A DNA stretch of 64,000 nt from Neocallimastix sp. 'constans' (GCA_050613775.1 JBODTK010000015.1:1178001-1242000); one strand, 5' to 3'; positions 1 to 13,826 are shown, numbered from the stretch's first letter. The notes: a model not told the origin generated them from the letters alone. Numbers and translations are program-made.

Positions 1-72
1 TGTTTTGATATGTTTCCAATATTTGCTTTGTTTCCAATATTTACTTTGTTTCCAATGTTTGCTTTGTTTCCA
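1..72. repeat. Short tandem repeat, ~19-bp unit (TTTGCTTTGTTTCCAATAT-like), ~4 copies, possibly truncated by the window edge
   Basis: TGTTTCCAAT/TGTTTCCAGT recurs at ~19-nt spacing. Confidence 0.7.
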
Positions 73-625
73 GTAAAAAGACAATTTTAATTAAATGATG
101 AACAGTATTTAGGATATTATCTAATAATAACATATTTATACATTTAATTATATAATTTTTAACATTATTCATAAAATGAATATGTATGCATCTTTTACAT
201 AAGGAATTGACTTAATATAAAAATATTATAATATATTTATTTTATTTTTTTTTATTTTATTTTATTTATATATAAATTCTTTTTATATTATACATACATA
301 AAATTTATAAATTTTCTTTTAATATAGTTCTTTTTTTTTTTTTTCTATATTTAAAAGATAATTATAAAAATAATTACTTTAAATTTATTTTAAATATTTA
401 ATTATTATTACTAATTTTATATTTAAAAAAATTTTATTTATTTTTTTTTTTTGTTGATAATGTATATTAATAAGTTACAAATGAATATATATTTTTTATT
501 TTAAAAAAAAAAAAAAAAAGGAAACGTTTTTTTTTTATTTATATATTAATCATTTATATATTAAAATTTTTTTGAAATTTATATATATATATATATATTT
601 TTTTTTAAAGTAGATCTAACAAACA

Positions 626-2629
626 TTATACATTGCAATTTGAAGTAATACCACACCAGGTATTATTTTCTACACCCCATTTACCATCCTTATCAGTATA
701 GATTATATTACAATTACTGCTACTACAGCAAGAATAACCTTGATTGGTAATGGAGGATGAACAGGTTGGTGAAGAAGATTTATTATCGTTACATCCACAC
801 CATTCATCATTTTCAATACCCCATGTACCATCTTCATCAACATAAACAATAGTACATTTAGAGGAACAGCATTTATATCCTTGGCTTAAGATAGAAGATG
901 AACATTGATTAGATGGCTGAGGTTTTCTATTTCCACATCCACACCATTGTCCATTTTCAACACCCCAATCTCCATCTTCGTCAGTAAATGTAACGGTACA
1001 TCTTGATGAGCAGCAAGAATAACCTTGTTTTAAAATAGAAGCTGAACATGAATCATTGCTGGTAGTTGGAGATTGAGTTTTTGTTGTTGTAGAAGGAGTA
1101 ATAGTAACTCCTGGAGAAGTTACAGATGGTGGATTAGTTACAGAACCCTGTGCACCAGCAGATGCAGTAGCCGTTTGACTATAAGTACCAGCAATAATAG
1201 TATAAGTTTGGCCAGCTACCATTTTAGGTGAAGTTACAAGGATGGAGGAATAGGCATTGATTGGTGTGAATGAGGCAATAATATTATTACTTTTGTCCTT
1301 TACAGTAATTTGGGTACCGGCGGTTTGGGCTGTTATAGAAGTTTGAATATTTGGTTGATATACAGTACCAGTTTCCATACCAAATCTGCCACCACCTCCT
1401 GGACCTTGACGCTTCCAGATACCACCACGTTTACTACTACCTCCAGCAGTACCAATAACAGTAGCTCCTGAACAAATAGCATTAGTACCTTCTGCATCAA
1501 AAGCTGCCATATTACCATAAATAGCTCCTCCTTGATTACTGACATAAACTTCTGCATTACCTCCAATGTAAAGAACTCCATTGGAATCGATTCCATCAAC
1601 ATCATTACCTTGAACAGTAACATAAGTTTTACCACCAACAATATTAATGTAAACACTACCATCTGTTCCAGTACTAGATCCTCCCATATTCCATCCTCCA
1701 CGACCTCCATTACTTGAAGTTTGTGTACTATCTTTAATTTTTGAAGCATTGATACCATCATCTTTGGACAAGACATGAACTTCTCCTCCAATAATATCAA
1801 TCATTTGACCTTCAAGACCTTCTCCACTTTTCTTAACATCGACATAACCTCCATTAATGGTAAGATGAGTTTCGGCATGAATACCATCACTTTCAGTTGA
1901 AACACTAGTATTTCCACCATCAATGACAATGTATCCTTTTTCGGCATCATCATCTCTGGTAACTTTAATACCACTATTACTTGAAGTAACATCAATGGTT
2001 GCATCTTTAATACAAATTGAATTTTTAGCCTTAATACCTCTTTGAGTGGCTTTAGGAACCGTAATTTTACCACTAATCAATCTTAAATCTTTTTTACATC
2101 TGATAGCATCACTATAATTACCAGTAACACTTACACTACCTGAACCATTAATAGCAAGATCAGCATCAATAAAAAGACAAGCATCAGGCTCTTCATCAAC
2201 CACAGTATAATTAGTAGTATCAGAAAGTTTACTGTCACCAACAAGGGTAATGGTAACCTTATCGGCAGCAATACCATAAATAGCAGGACCACTACTACTA
2301 CTAATAGTAGCACTATTTAAGATAATATGAATGTAATCATTTTCAGTTGCTTCAATACGGAGTTGACCATTTAAAGAACCAGCAACAATATAAGTACCAG
2401 CAGCAGAAATAGTTACAACACCATTAGAAGCAGTAGCCCCAGAACCACTTACAGTACAAGAAGTACCACTACATTTTATATTAATATCAGAATTGGAATC
2501 GTAATCTTCATCTAAATCTTTCTTTTTATAACTACAAGTAACTGGACCAGCAGTTAATGTTAATTCACTAACAACCAAATCTGCTGCCAAAATATATATA
2601 AGAAGTGTAATAAAACTAAATACTTTCAT
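626..2629 (-). CDS. Secreted Cthe_2159/DUF4353-like beta-helix carbohydrate-binding protein with three C-terminal fungal dockerin (CBM10-like) domains (copy 1)
   Basis: 667-aa intronless ORF; hydrophobic N-terminal signal; motifs [51 protein letters not shown]; Thr/Pro/Ser linker; three C..GY.CC...DxDGxWGxENxxWCG repeats. Confidence 0.92.
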   Translation of the reverse strand: MKVFSFITLLIYILAADLVVSELTLTAGPVTCSYKKKDLDEDYDSNSDINIKCSGTSCTVSGSGATASNGVVTISAAGTYIVAGSLNGQLRIEATENDYIHIILNSATISSSSGPAIYGIAADKVTITLVGDSKLSDTTNYTVVDEEPDACLFIDADLAINGSGSVSVTGNYSDAIRCKKDLRLISGKITVPKATQRGIKAKNSICIKDATIDVTSSNSGIKVTRDDDAEKGYIVIDGGNTSVSTESDGIHAETHLTINGGYVDVKKSGEGLEGQMIDIIGGEVHVLSKDDGINASKIKDSTQTSSNGGRGGWNMGGSSTGTDGSVYINIVGGKTYVTVQGNDVDGIDSNGVLYIGGNAEVYVSNQGGAIYGNMAAFDAEGTNAICSGATVIGTAGGSSKRGGIWKRQGPGGGGRFGMETGTVYQPNIQTSITAQTAGTQITVKDKSNNIIASFTPINAYSSILVTSPKMVAGQTYTIIAGTYSQTATASAGAQGSVTNPPSVTSPGVTITPSTTTKTQSPTTSNDSCSASILKQGYSCCSSRCTVTFTDEDGDWGVENGQWCGCGNRKPQPSNQCSSSILSQGYKCCSSKCTIVYVDEDGTWGIENDEWCGCNDNKSSSPTCSSSITNQGYSCCSSSNCNIIYTDKDGKWGVENNTWCGITSNCNV

Positions 2630-3304
2630 TTTTTTTTCTTATTTATATATAATAAATAATATTATTTTTATTATAATTATTATATTAAAGATTTTCTATT
2701 ATTTTTTTTAATCAATAAAAGAAATATAGAAAAATAAAAGCTTTGGATACGAAATGCTTTTTTATTAATAAATTTTTTTATTTTACAATAATATAATTTT
2801 TTAATATTGGTTTATTAAATATTTAAATTATTGTAAATTATGTATATAATATAGATTTTTATTATATATATAGTTATATATATATTTAAAAATTCAAAAA
2901 AAAAAAAAAAAAAATTATAGAAAATTACTTCTAATTTATATTTTTTTTTATTAATTTAAATATTATTCTAACCATTTTAATTTTTATATTGTTATCAATT
3001 TCTAAATATTTATATTATTATTCCTATTATTATTTATTATTAATAATTATTATTATTAATAACAAAATGTTAAAGTCAAGAAATTTTGAAAAAATCGAAA
3101 AATGAATGGTTTAAAAATAACTAATATTTTAATTTAAAAATAACTATTATCTTTTTATGCATATATATATATATTTTAAAGTTTATTAATTATTAATTTA
3201 ATAAAAAAAGAAATAATAATTTAAATAATATTGTAAAAATTTAATTTATTAATAATTAAATAATAATTATCATAAAAATGATCTTATAATGAAACTTTAT
3301 TATT

Positions 3305-3442
3305 AGTATTATTATTTATTATTATTTATTATTTATTATTTATTATTTATTATTTATTATTTATTATTTATTATTTATTATTTATTATTTATTATTTATT
3401 ATTTATTATTTATTATTTATTATTTATTATTTATTATTTATT
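3305..3442. repeat. (TTATTTA)n heptamer tandem array
   Basis: Direct reading of the sequence. Confidence 0.85.
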
Positions 3443-4477
3443 ATTATTATTATTTTAATTTTATTTTAATTTTTAATTTTATTTTATTTTATTTTTTTTT
3501 TTTTTTTTTTTGGTAATTAATTATGGCTTCATTTTAATATATATATAGAAAATTAATGAATTAAATTTTCTTGTAAAATTAATAATGGTTAAAATAAATA
3601 AAAACTAAAATTTATATACAGTTTGTATTTTTTTTTTTTTATTTAGTGTTTATTATAATTTAATTAAACTTTTTAATATTTAATTATAAATTATTCCAAT
3701 AATAGTAATTATTTTTAAATTAAACTAATATTCGAACTGTCAATTATTTCAATTATTAATTATTCCATTAACAAATTTTTAATAATTATTTTACTTCATT
3801 TATAATTAAAAAATGAAATATTGAAAAAAATTCTATTGTACGATATTCAAGTTTCAAATTCAAATCTATTATATTTGATAATATTGAGTTTTATATTTAT
3901 GATAATATTAAGTTTTCAATTCAATTATGTTATATTTTATAATATTGAGTTTTAAATTTTCTTATAAGAGTTTAAACATTTAGAATCATATTATTTATTA
4001 AATGAAAAAAAAAAAAAAATAAAAAAAAAGTTTAAAATCTTTTACAAGAACAATTTAATTAAAAACATTAGATAATGATGTTCTTAACAAATATTAAAAT
4101 GTATTTCATTAATAATAATAATAATAGTAATAATAATAATTTTGCTTTTTATAGGTTATGTGTATGTATATTAAAAAAAAAAAAAAAAGATTTAAATATT
4201 AAAATAATGATCATAGTATTACAAAATTATTTTATCATATTTACATATTTACTATTTATTTAATTAATATAGAAAAAAAAAAATCATGATAAACCATGAC
4301 GATTGTTAAAATATTAATGATTAAAGTATGAATCATAATAATTATTAATTATGATATAATATTTATATTTAATTAATTATCTTTAAATTATTATTATTCT
4401 ATATAAAAGTTAATTTAAGTTTATTAAAAATAAAAAAATAAAAGAAAATATAAAAAAATAAAAAAAAAGTAAAGAAT

Positions 4478-4905
4478 AAAATAATAAAATATAATAAAAT
4501 AATAAAATAATAAAATATAATAAAATAATAAAATATAATAAAATAATAAAATATAATAAAATAATAAAATATAATAAAATAATAAAATATAATAAAATAA
4601 TAAAATATAATAAAATAATAAAATATAATAAAATAATAAAATATAATAAAATAATAAAATATAATAAAATAATAAAATATAATAAAATAATAAAATATAA
4701 TAAAATAATAAAATATAATAAAATAATAAAATATAATAAAATAATAAAATATAATAAAATAATAAAATATAATAAAATAATAAAATATAATAAAATAATA
4801 AAATATAATAAAATAATAAAATATAATAAAATAATAAAATATAATAAAATAATAAAATATAATAAAATAATAAAATATAATAAAATAATAAAATATAATA
4901 AAATA
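4478..4905. repeat. Homogeneous 18-bp minisatellite (AATAAAATAATAAAATAT)n, roughly 23 copies
   Basis: Essentially perfect 18-nt periodicity across ~430 bp. Confidence 0.92.
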
Positions 4906-6453
4906 AAATAAAATTAAAAATTAAAGTTTTTATTGTATTTATATAAATGTCAAAAAGAATTATTTAATATATAGCCAAGATTTAATCTATATTTAGTGAA
5001 TAAGATTTTAATTTATTTTTGACACTTATTTTTTAATTAAACATGTCAAACTCTAATTATATTTATTTTAATGTATAATATTTAATATTAGAAAATGTTT
5101 CCATTAATCTTTTTTTCCTTTTACTTTATTATAATCATTTTTTTTTTTATTATTATTCTATTTCTCTATTATTTATATAAGAATTATATTAAATTTAAAT
5201 TTTAATATATATATAAATATTAAAATTATTTTAAATTAATTTATATTAATATATCATCAATGTATAAATACGGAAATTTTATTATTTACACAAGATATAA
5301 ATAATGAATAATATTAAAAATAAAAGATGTTGATATCAATATTTAATAGAAAATATGATATTATTATTGTATTAACAACAATAATAATATTTATATATTA
5401 TATAAAAGTATTATTTATTATTTAAAAAAGTTCAACTATTCTATTGATAAAGACAAAAAAAAAAAAAAAAAAATGATTTGTTTACATAAATACAATATGA
5501 AATGTTAATTTATAGAATTTAAATTTATATTATATTTAAATATTTTATTCTTTTATTTGTATTATAAATAAATATTATTTGTTATATTATTTATAAAAAT
5601 GAAATTAATGTTTAATTTGTAAAATACACTTTATTAATTATATAAAGTATTTTAAATTCTTATTATTTTTATTATTATATTTACTTAAAAGAATAAAAAT
5701 ACTCAATTTAAATATATTTATAACAATTTTATTTAATTCACCTTTTTTTAAATAAAATAAAACACTATCGAATATTGCAATAACTTTTTTCTTATATATG
5801 TGTTGATTAAAAAAAAAAAAAAAAAATAGAAAATAATGATAATTTTATTGTTATTATATTAAATAAACCAGTTTTTCATATAAATTATTTATAATATTAA
5901 AAACAATTAATTTATATAATTTAATATTTATATTAATTTTTAATAGAAATAAAACCAAGACCTCATACTAATTAATATTTTAGTCATAAAATCATATTAA
6001 TATTATAATTTTATATTAATATCACAAAATAGTAATACAAATATCAAAATTTTTTATTTTTATTGTATGATATTAATTTATTAATATCATACATACTGAT
6101 ATTTGTCTCTTTTTTTTTTTTTTTATATAAATAATTAATAAATTATTAATTCTTGGAAATTTTAAAACTAATTATAACAATTCTATTTCAATAAAAAGTA
6201 TTAAGAAACATTGTTAATAATTTTTTTTCTATTTTTTTTTTAAAGAAGAGTATATATATATATTTTTTTTAAAAATATTATCGATTTAATAAATTTTTAA
6301 TTTTAATAAATCATTTTTAATAAACTTTCATGCATAATTAATATAAAAATTCTTTAATTATAAAATTTTATCATAAATAATTTCTTGGTTGAAAATTTTT
6401 ATCGTTTTTTTTTTTTTAATTAAAAACATGAGATATTATTTTTACTAAAAGTC

Positions 6454-6496
<43 letters not shown>

Positions 6497-6737
6497 TTTA
6501 TGATAAAAAAAATATAAAAGCAATAAAATTTTTCGTTTAAAAAATAATTTTTTTTTTTTATCTTTAATACTTATTATAGTATTAAATATATATTATATAT
6601 TGATTATATAAAAAATATATTATTTTTATTAATATACAATTAATAATAGTTTATACTTTTAAAATAGTAATAAGTAGTAATTAAAATTTACTTTTTTTCT
6701 TAAATAAAAAAAAATAGAATAGAATAAAATAAAATAA

Positions 6738-6782
<45 letters not shown>

Positions 6783-6863
6783 AAAAAAACAATAAATTAA
6801 TAATATATATAGAAATAAAATAAATAATATATATATATTATATATATAAACAAAAAATAAAAA

Positions 6864-8744
6864 ATGAAATTCTTCAAAGTTTTTACACTTGCTACTTTTA
6901 TTGTAGCATCACGTTTCGTTGCTGCTGATTTAACTTTAACTGCTGGTCCAGTTACTTGTAGTTATAAAAAGAAAGATTTAGATGAAGATTACGATTCCAA
7001 TTCTGATATTAATATAAAGTGTAGTGGTACTTCTTGTACTGTAAGTGGTTCTGGGGCTACTGCTTCTAATGGTGTTGTAACTATTTCTGCTGCTGGTACT
7101 TATATTGTTGCTGGTTCTTTAAATGGTCAACTCTGTATTGAAGCAACTGAAAATGATTACATTCATATTATCTTAAATAGTGCTACTATTAGTAGTAGTA
7201 GTGGTCCTGCTATTTATGGTATTGCTGCCGATAAGGTTACCATTACCCTTGTTGGTGACAGTAAACTTTCCGATACTACTAATTATACTGTGGTTGATGA
7301 AGAGCCTGATGCTTGTCTTTTTATTGATGCTGATCTTGCTATTAATGGTTCAGGTAGTGTAAGTGTTACTGGTAATTATAGTGATGCTATCAGATGTAAA
7401 AAAGATTTAAGATTGATTAGTGGTAAAATTACGGTTCCTAAAGCTACTCAAAGAGGTATTAAGGCTAAAAATTCAATTTGTATTAAAGATGCAACCATTG
7501 ATGTTACTTCAAGTAATAGTGGTATTAAAGTTACCAGAGATGATGATGCCGAAAAAGGATACATTGTCATTGATGGTGGAAGTACTAGTGTTTCAACTGA
7601 AAATGATGGTATTCATGCCGAAACTCATCTTACCATTAATGGAGGTTATGTCGATGTTAAGAAAAGTGGAGAAGGTCTTGAAGGTCAAATGATTGATATT
7701 ATTGGAGGAGAAGTTCATGTCTTATCCAAAGATGATGGTATCAATGCCTCAAAAATTAAAGATAGTACACAAAGTTCCAGTAATGGAGGATGGAATATGG
7801 GAGGATCTAGTACCGGAACAGATGGTAGTGTTTACATTAATATCGTTGGTGGTAAGACTTATGTTACTGTTCAAGGTAATGATGTTGATGGTATTGATTC
7901 CAATGGAGTTCTTTACATTGGAGGTAATGCAGAACTTTATGCCAGTAATCAAGGAGGAGCTATTTATGGTAATATGGCAGCTTTTGATGCAGAAGGTACT
8001 AATGCTATTTGTTCAGGAGCTACTGTTATTGGTACTGCTGGAGGTAGTAGTAGTAGTGGTGGTTGGGGTCGTTGGAAGCGTTCTAACCGTTTCGAAAAAC
8101 GTCAAGGTCCAGGTGGTAGAAATGGAATGGGAGGTATGGGAGGTGAATCTGGTAGTATTTACCAACCATATATTCAAGTTACCCTTTCCACTCAAAATGC
8201 TGGTACTCAACTTACTGTTAAAGATAGTAGTAACAATATTATTGCTTCCTACACTCCAATCAATACCTATTCCTCAGTTCTTGTTACATCTCCAAAAATG
8301 GTTTCGGGTGCAAGTTACACTGTTATCGCTGGTAATTCTTCTCAAACTGCAGTAGCTTCCAGTCCAGCCAATGGAACAGTGAATGCACCATCCATTACTA
8401 CCCCAGGTTCTGTTAGTAGCAGTAGCAGTAGTGCCAGTTCTAATTCTACTACTAATACAGCATCCTGTTCTACAGCAATTTTAAATCAAGGTTATCAATG
8501 CTGTTCCGCTGGATGTACCGTTTATTATACTGATTCAGATGGTACATGGGGTGTTGAAAATGGACAATGGTGTGGATGTGGCAACAGTAATAATTCATCT
8601 GCCAGTGCCAGCTGTCCATCTTCCATTACTTCCCAAGGATATGCATGTTGTAGTAGTGGTAATTGTGATGTTTACTACACTGATGATTCTGGAAAATGGG
8701 GAGTTGAAGGTAATCAATGGTGTGGTATTTCTAACAGTTGTTGA
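6864..8744 (+). CDS. Secreted Cthe_2159/DUF4353-like protein with two C-terminal fungal dockerin domains (copy 2)
   Basis: 626-aa intronless ORF; signal peptide; core nearly identical to 626..2629; Ser-rich linker; two GYxCC...[13 protein letters not shown] / [12 protein letters not shown] repeats. Confidence 0.92.
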   Translation: MKFFKVFTLATFIVASRFVAADLTLTAGPVTCSYKKKDLDEDYDSNSDINIKCSGTSCTVSGSGATASNGVVTISAAGTYIVAGSLNGQLCIEATENDYIHIILNSATISSSSGPAIYGIAADKVTITLVGDSKLSDTTNYTVVDEEPDACLFIDADLAINGSGSVSVTGNYSDAIRCKKDLRLISGKITVPKATQRGIKAKNSICIKDATIDVTSSNSGIKVTRDDDAEKGYIVIDGGSTSVSTENDGIHAETHLTINGGYVDVKKSGEGLEGQMIDIIGGEVHVLSKDDGINASKIKDSTQSSSNGGWNMGGSSTGTDGSVYINIVGGKTYVTVQGNDVDGIDSNGVLYIGGNAELYASNQGGAIYGNMAAFDAEGTNAICSGATVIGTAGGSSSSGGWGRWKRSNRFEKRQGPGGRNGMGGMGGESGSIYQPYIQVTLSTQNAGTQLTVKDSSNNIIASYTPINTYSSVLVTSPKMVSGASYTVIAGNSSQTAVASSPANGTVNAPSITTPGSVSSSSSSASSNSTTNTASCSTAILNQGYQCCSAGCTVYYTDSDGTWGVENGQWCGCGNSNNSSASASCPSSITSQGYACCSSGNCDVYYTDDSGKWGVEGNQWCGISNSC

Positions 8745-8805
8745 TCTATAAAATATAATTAACATTACTTTTTATTTAATCATTAAGAAAAAAAAATATT
8801 AAGTA

Positions 8806-9206
8806 TAAAAGTAAATATTATTTCAAATAATAATACTATAATAAACCCAATATAATTTATTTTAAATGAAAATAGATTATCAAAAAAAAAACAAAATAAC
8901 TAATAAAAAAATTAAAAAAAGAATAAAAATATAAAATATTATAATATTATTATGAATAAAAAAAAAGTAAATATTATTTTAAATAATAATATTATAATAA
9001 ACCAAATATAATTTATTTTAAATGAAAATAGAATATCAAAAAAAAAAAAAAAGAATAAAAATATATAATATTATAATATTATTAAGAATAAAAATATTAT
9101 AATATTATATCATTGAAAATAAAATATAATAATGTTATAAATACAAAATTATAATATTATTGTTATTCAAATTTAATGTAATAATATTATCAAAAAATTG
9201 TAATAT

Positions 9207-9248
<42 letters not shown>

Positions 9249-9283
9249 AATTATAATATAACATTTTTATGTATATATTATAA

Positions 9284-9330
<47 letters not shown>

Positions 9331-9690
9331 TTATATTTTTAAATTAAAAGAAAATTTAATAATACACCTTTTTTTTTTTATTATTATTATTAAAATGAAT
9401 ATGTATTTTTCTAAAAAAATTTTTTTTAAAATATTATATATATAATATATATAATAAATAGTATATATATATTTTATAAACATAAATTTTAGTATTGTTT
9501 AAAAAAAAAAAAAAAAAAAAAAAGATATATTTTTAAATTAAAAGAAAATTTAATAATATATCTTTTTTTAAATTTTTTTTTTTATTAAAATGAATATAAT
9601 ATTTTTTTAAAACAATATTTTTTAAAATATTATATATAATATAGTATATATATATATATGTTATTACAAATATAAAATTTAGTATTGTTT
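8806..9690. repeat. Two local direct duplications: ~8806-8890 vs ~8962-9045, and ~9330-9500 vs ~9525-9690
   Basis: AAAAGTAAATATTATTT...TAAATGAAAATAGA occurs twice; TTTTAAATTAAAAGAAAATTTAATAATA...AAATTTTAGTATTGTTTAAAAAA occurs twice. Confidence 0.7.
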
Positions 9691-9719
9691 AAAAAAGAAT
9701 TAACCAAATAAATAAATAA

Positions 9720-9758
<39 letters not shown>

Positions 9759-10706
9759 ATATAAAATTAATAAATAATAATTCTATTATTGATTACTAAT
9801 TTACATTTTGATTCATTTCTTATTTTTTTATTTTTTCATTTAAAAATAAAGTTTATTACAAAGTAATTATTATTATAAATAACACAAATAATCATATTAT
9901 ATATATATATAATATTATATATATTGTTAAGAAATTAGAGCACACTTAATGATAAATATATAATAATATTAGTCAATTAACTATTATTTTATATTATATT
10001 TTATTAAAATAAAAGACCTCAATTTCAAATATAAAATTACATTATTTCTTTTATATAATTATAAGTATGTATACACTATGTAATGACATAATGTACATAA
10101 AATAAGTGTGAACCTTAACATATATATATATAATTATTTGAAGCTATTAGAAAAATCCAATTTAGGCAATAATTTTCTAATTTAGAAAATTTATTCAAAA
10201 ATCAAAACATTTAAGCTGTAAGAGATGTATTAAAAGTAAAATGTAAAATAAATTAATGCATTTATATATATAGTATATAATGAAACAAAAAATAAAGAAT
10301 ACATTTATATTTATTCAATATGGAATAATCCATGTTAAGATTATATTATACTATATTTTTTTTTTTTTATTATTATCAAAATATGATTCTTAATTAATAA
10401 AAATAATATTTATAAAATAGAGTTGAAAAGCCTATAAATTTTTATAAATTATTATAACTTTTGAATTTATTTATTATTAATATTAATATGTATATATAAA
10501 TAATATTTTATTTTCAATTTATTATGATTTACTCAAATATATATTTTGCAATTTTTTTTTTTTTTTTTTTTTTGAAATGTACTCATAATTATAAATTAAA
10601 TTAATAAGTTTATTATTTTCTTTTAAAAAAAATCATTTTATTACACTTTATTTGCATATATTTTTAAATAAAGAATTATAATTGATGATTATATATATTT
10701 TATATT

Positions 10707-11224
10707 TTTAAAATAAAAATATTAAAGTTGAAAGGAATTATTCAAAATAAGTTCATATAGATAATTGGTAAATTAAATATCCATCTGATGTTGTTGAAGT
10801 GAGAAGATGATACCGAATATTTCGAATCATCGCACATTGATGTTTCAAAGGGTGAATTAGTTGATAATATCGAATTCTTTAAATCATTTGGTATCGTTGT
10901 TTCCGAAGATGAATTAGGTGATAATATTTAATATTTTTGGATCATCTACTACTGACGTTTCGAAGGTGAATTAAGTTATTAATGTTAAATACATTGAATG
11001 ATCTATTATTGGCGTTTCAGAAGGTGATTCAAAAAGTCAAATATTTCCAATCATCTATTAACGATGTGACTGAAGATGAATTAGGGGTTTCTCTTGTATC
11101 AGAAGATGCTTTTTACAGATTAAGGAACTATTTCCAGTAACAACAGTATCATTTTGGGAGAGGTAACCAAAATTGAAGAATAAAATATAGGAGTATATGA
11201 TGATACAATAACATTACCATTACT

Positions 11225-11263
<39 letters not shown>

Positions 11264-11323
11264 GTAATTTGGTTTCCAGAACTCATCAATGAAACTAAAG
11301 TTTGAATGTATGTTTGATACATA
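10707..11323 (-). pseudogene. Decayed 3' half of a fifth Cthe_2159-like gene (GPI-tail type, most like 15384..17234)
   Basis: Aligns by eye with 15384-15760, e.g. TTCCAGTAACAAC..., CATTTTGGGAGAGGTA, AATTGAAGAATA, ATACAATAACAT..CCATTACTA and the hydrophobic-tail region ATTAAAGTTGA; carries frameshifts, stops and a poly-T expansion. Confidence 0.8.
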
Positions 11324-11419
11324 ATATTTATTATAATAAAAAAAATTATATTAATAGGTTATGACAACTTTTATAAAAATATTAAATTAATACAAAAAAA
11401 AAAAGTATATAATAAAAGC

Positions 11420-11458
<39 letters not shown>

Positions 11459-11633
11459 ATATGTATTATTTTCTTTCTTTCTTACCTACGGATATAAATA
11501 AAAATAAATAGTAAAACATAAAAAATAATAAAAAAATAAAAAATAACCTTAAAATAATAATAATATATATAAATAGAAAAAACCTTGTTAATTGTAATAA
11601 ATAAAATTTGTATTTACAGAAGAGTCGCTGACA

Positions 11634-11680
<47 letters not shown>

Positions 11681-12929
11681 TAAATTAAAAAACAAAAAAT
11701 GAAAAATAAAAAAGTTTAAAAAATTAATAAAATTCTATAAATAAAAAATAAAGTATATATATATATATATATATATCATATTAAAATAGTTAGTAAAGAG
11801 AAAGTATATATATATCCATTATTCATTATTATATACATCAATATTTATTTAACATCCATACTACTAATAATATTAAAAGTATATAGTTGAGAATAGTAAT
11901 AGAAAAATAATATGTAAATATTTTATCTTGAACAAGTTTTCTTTATAATAAAAAATTACATAATCAATAAATATAAAGTTCAAAGTTCAAAAATATAAAT
12001 TATAAATATTTTTATTTATAATTTTTGTTAATTAAATTATTATTATTATATATCTGAATTTTTAATGGAAAATATTTCAAAAATTATATTAAGTATGTTA
12101 TTATTTATTTTTTTTTTTTTCCAAACAAAAATTATTAAAATTTATTATTATTTTTTTTTATTCATTTATGTTTATTTTTAAAGGTAAATCCATAATTTCT
12201 TATTAATCCTATTTTTTTTTTATATATATATAATATGTATTTTTTTTATTAAATATATTAATATATTCTAAATAAACTTTTTACGCTTTACAATTATTAT
12301 TTTTTTTTTTAATAATAAATAACAATATTTTATTTATTATAAAAAATAATAATATATATTCTTTGAAAATGAAATATATAAAATGAAATAATTTCATATA
12401 TATATTTATTAATTATAAATATTTCTTTTTATTATTATTATTATTATTATTAATTATTATTATTATTATTATTATTATTACTTCCAAAAATGTTAAATAT
12501 ATAAATAGGATTTTTAATAATCATTTATTACAATTTTTTTTTTTTTTTGACAATGTTTTCGTAATATAATTGAAAATATTTGATATTAAATATAAAATTT
12601 TATAAATAAAATATTTAATTTCAATATTCAATATTTTTTTTAAAATATATTGTATGAAAGGAATAAAGAATATCAAATTATAATAATAATTAATATATTT
12701 TAATGCTATAAATTCATTATTAATTAAATAAAACAAATCAAAAAAAAAAAAATTAATAAGTTTTTATGATTTTTATGATTGATTATTTTGTATCAACGAT
12801 TAATGAATCAATAGTACCAGGGTCAGCCTCAAAAGTAATTGAAGTTTTGCTCTTTGAAAAAGAGTTGAAAATTTAACAATTGATCGATAGGATACAATTG
12901 ACTTCCTCCTTAACTATTCTTAAACAACA

Positions 12930-13052
12930 ATAAAATCTTCCTCATCTAAAAGCTGTCATGTTCCATGTTACCATAAATATAAAGGGGTCGTCCTTTTAAT
13001 ATAAACTTTCATATTCACTACCAATATAGTTTTTTTTTTTTCAATTGGACCA

Positions 13053-13083
<31 letters not shown>

Positions 13084-13220
13084 CTTTCTTCTTTGATTAC
13101 TTGGATATTTTCTCCATAAAAGACGTTTTCAATTTCAAAAAGAAATAAATAATAATTTATCATTACCCTTAGAAGTTAATGCATTAACTTTTTTCTAACC
13201 ATACAAATAATACATATGAT
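12930..13220 (-). pseudogene. Decayed middle fragment of the same Cthe_2159-like pseudogene (YINIxGG...GND...YIGG...IYGNMxAxDxEG region)
   Basis: CCTCATCTAAAAGCTGTCATGTT..TTACCATAAAT resembles GCATCAAAAGCTGCCATATTACCATAAAT of copy 1; CTACCAATATAG and TCATTACCCT follow in the correct order. Confidence 0.55.
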
Positions 13221-13559
13221 ATTAGAAATAATAAATGAGATAGATTTATTTTATTTTTTTTTTTTTTTTTTTTTTTTGTAGTAATAATGATAAATTAAAG
13301 AATTAAATAATTTAAAATGTTTTGTTTCTTATTTCTGTATAATGTATAATATATTTTTGTAATATATGATAATCCTTATGATTACTTTTAATATCTATAT
13401 ATATATATATATATAATGCTTACAAAAAAAAAAAAAAAAATAAGGAAAATACATTTCTTTAGATAATTTGAAAAACTTTTTTTAAAAAATTATTACCACT
13501 AATCAATTTTAAAATTATTACTATTATTATTACTATTATTATTACTATTATTATATTAC

Positions 13560-13607
<48 letters not shown>

Positions 13608-13826
13608 TAGTAGTAGTAGTAGTAGTAGTAGTAACAGAAGTATTAAATATAATCCAGTAAAAAATACTTTATAAATATGGATTATTTAATGAAATGAACT
13701 TTATTTATATAAAAACTTTAATAAAGTTTTTATAGTTTCAATTATCTTGGTCATTTTACATTAAATTTCCTTTTCTTATAAAGAAAAAATAAAAAAAATT
13801 TTATCATGTAAATAATGATATTACAT

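Noticed and set aside
1..72. Telomeric repeat at the window start
   Set aside because: The 19-bp unit is degenerate and not TTAGGG-like, and the window edge is arbitrary.
1333..8751. Short alternative-frame and antisense ORFs overlapping copies 1 and 2 (likewise inside copies 3 and 4, the GPCR and the 755-aa gene)
   Set aside because: By-products of codon bias. Their apparent conservation just reflects the duplicated main gene.
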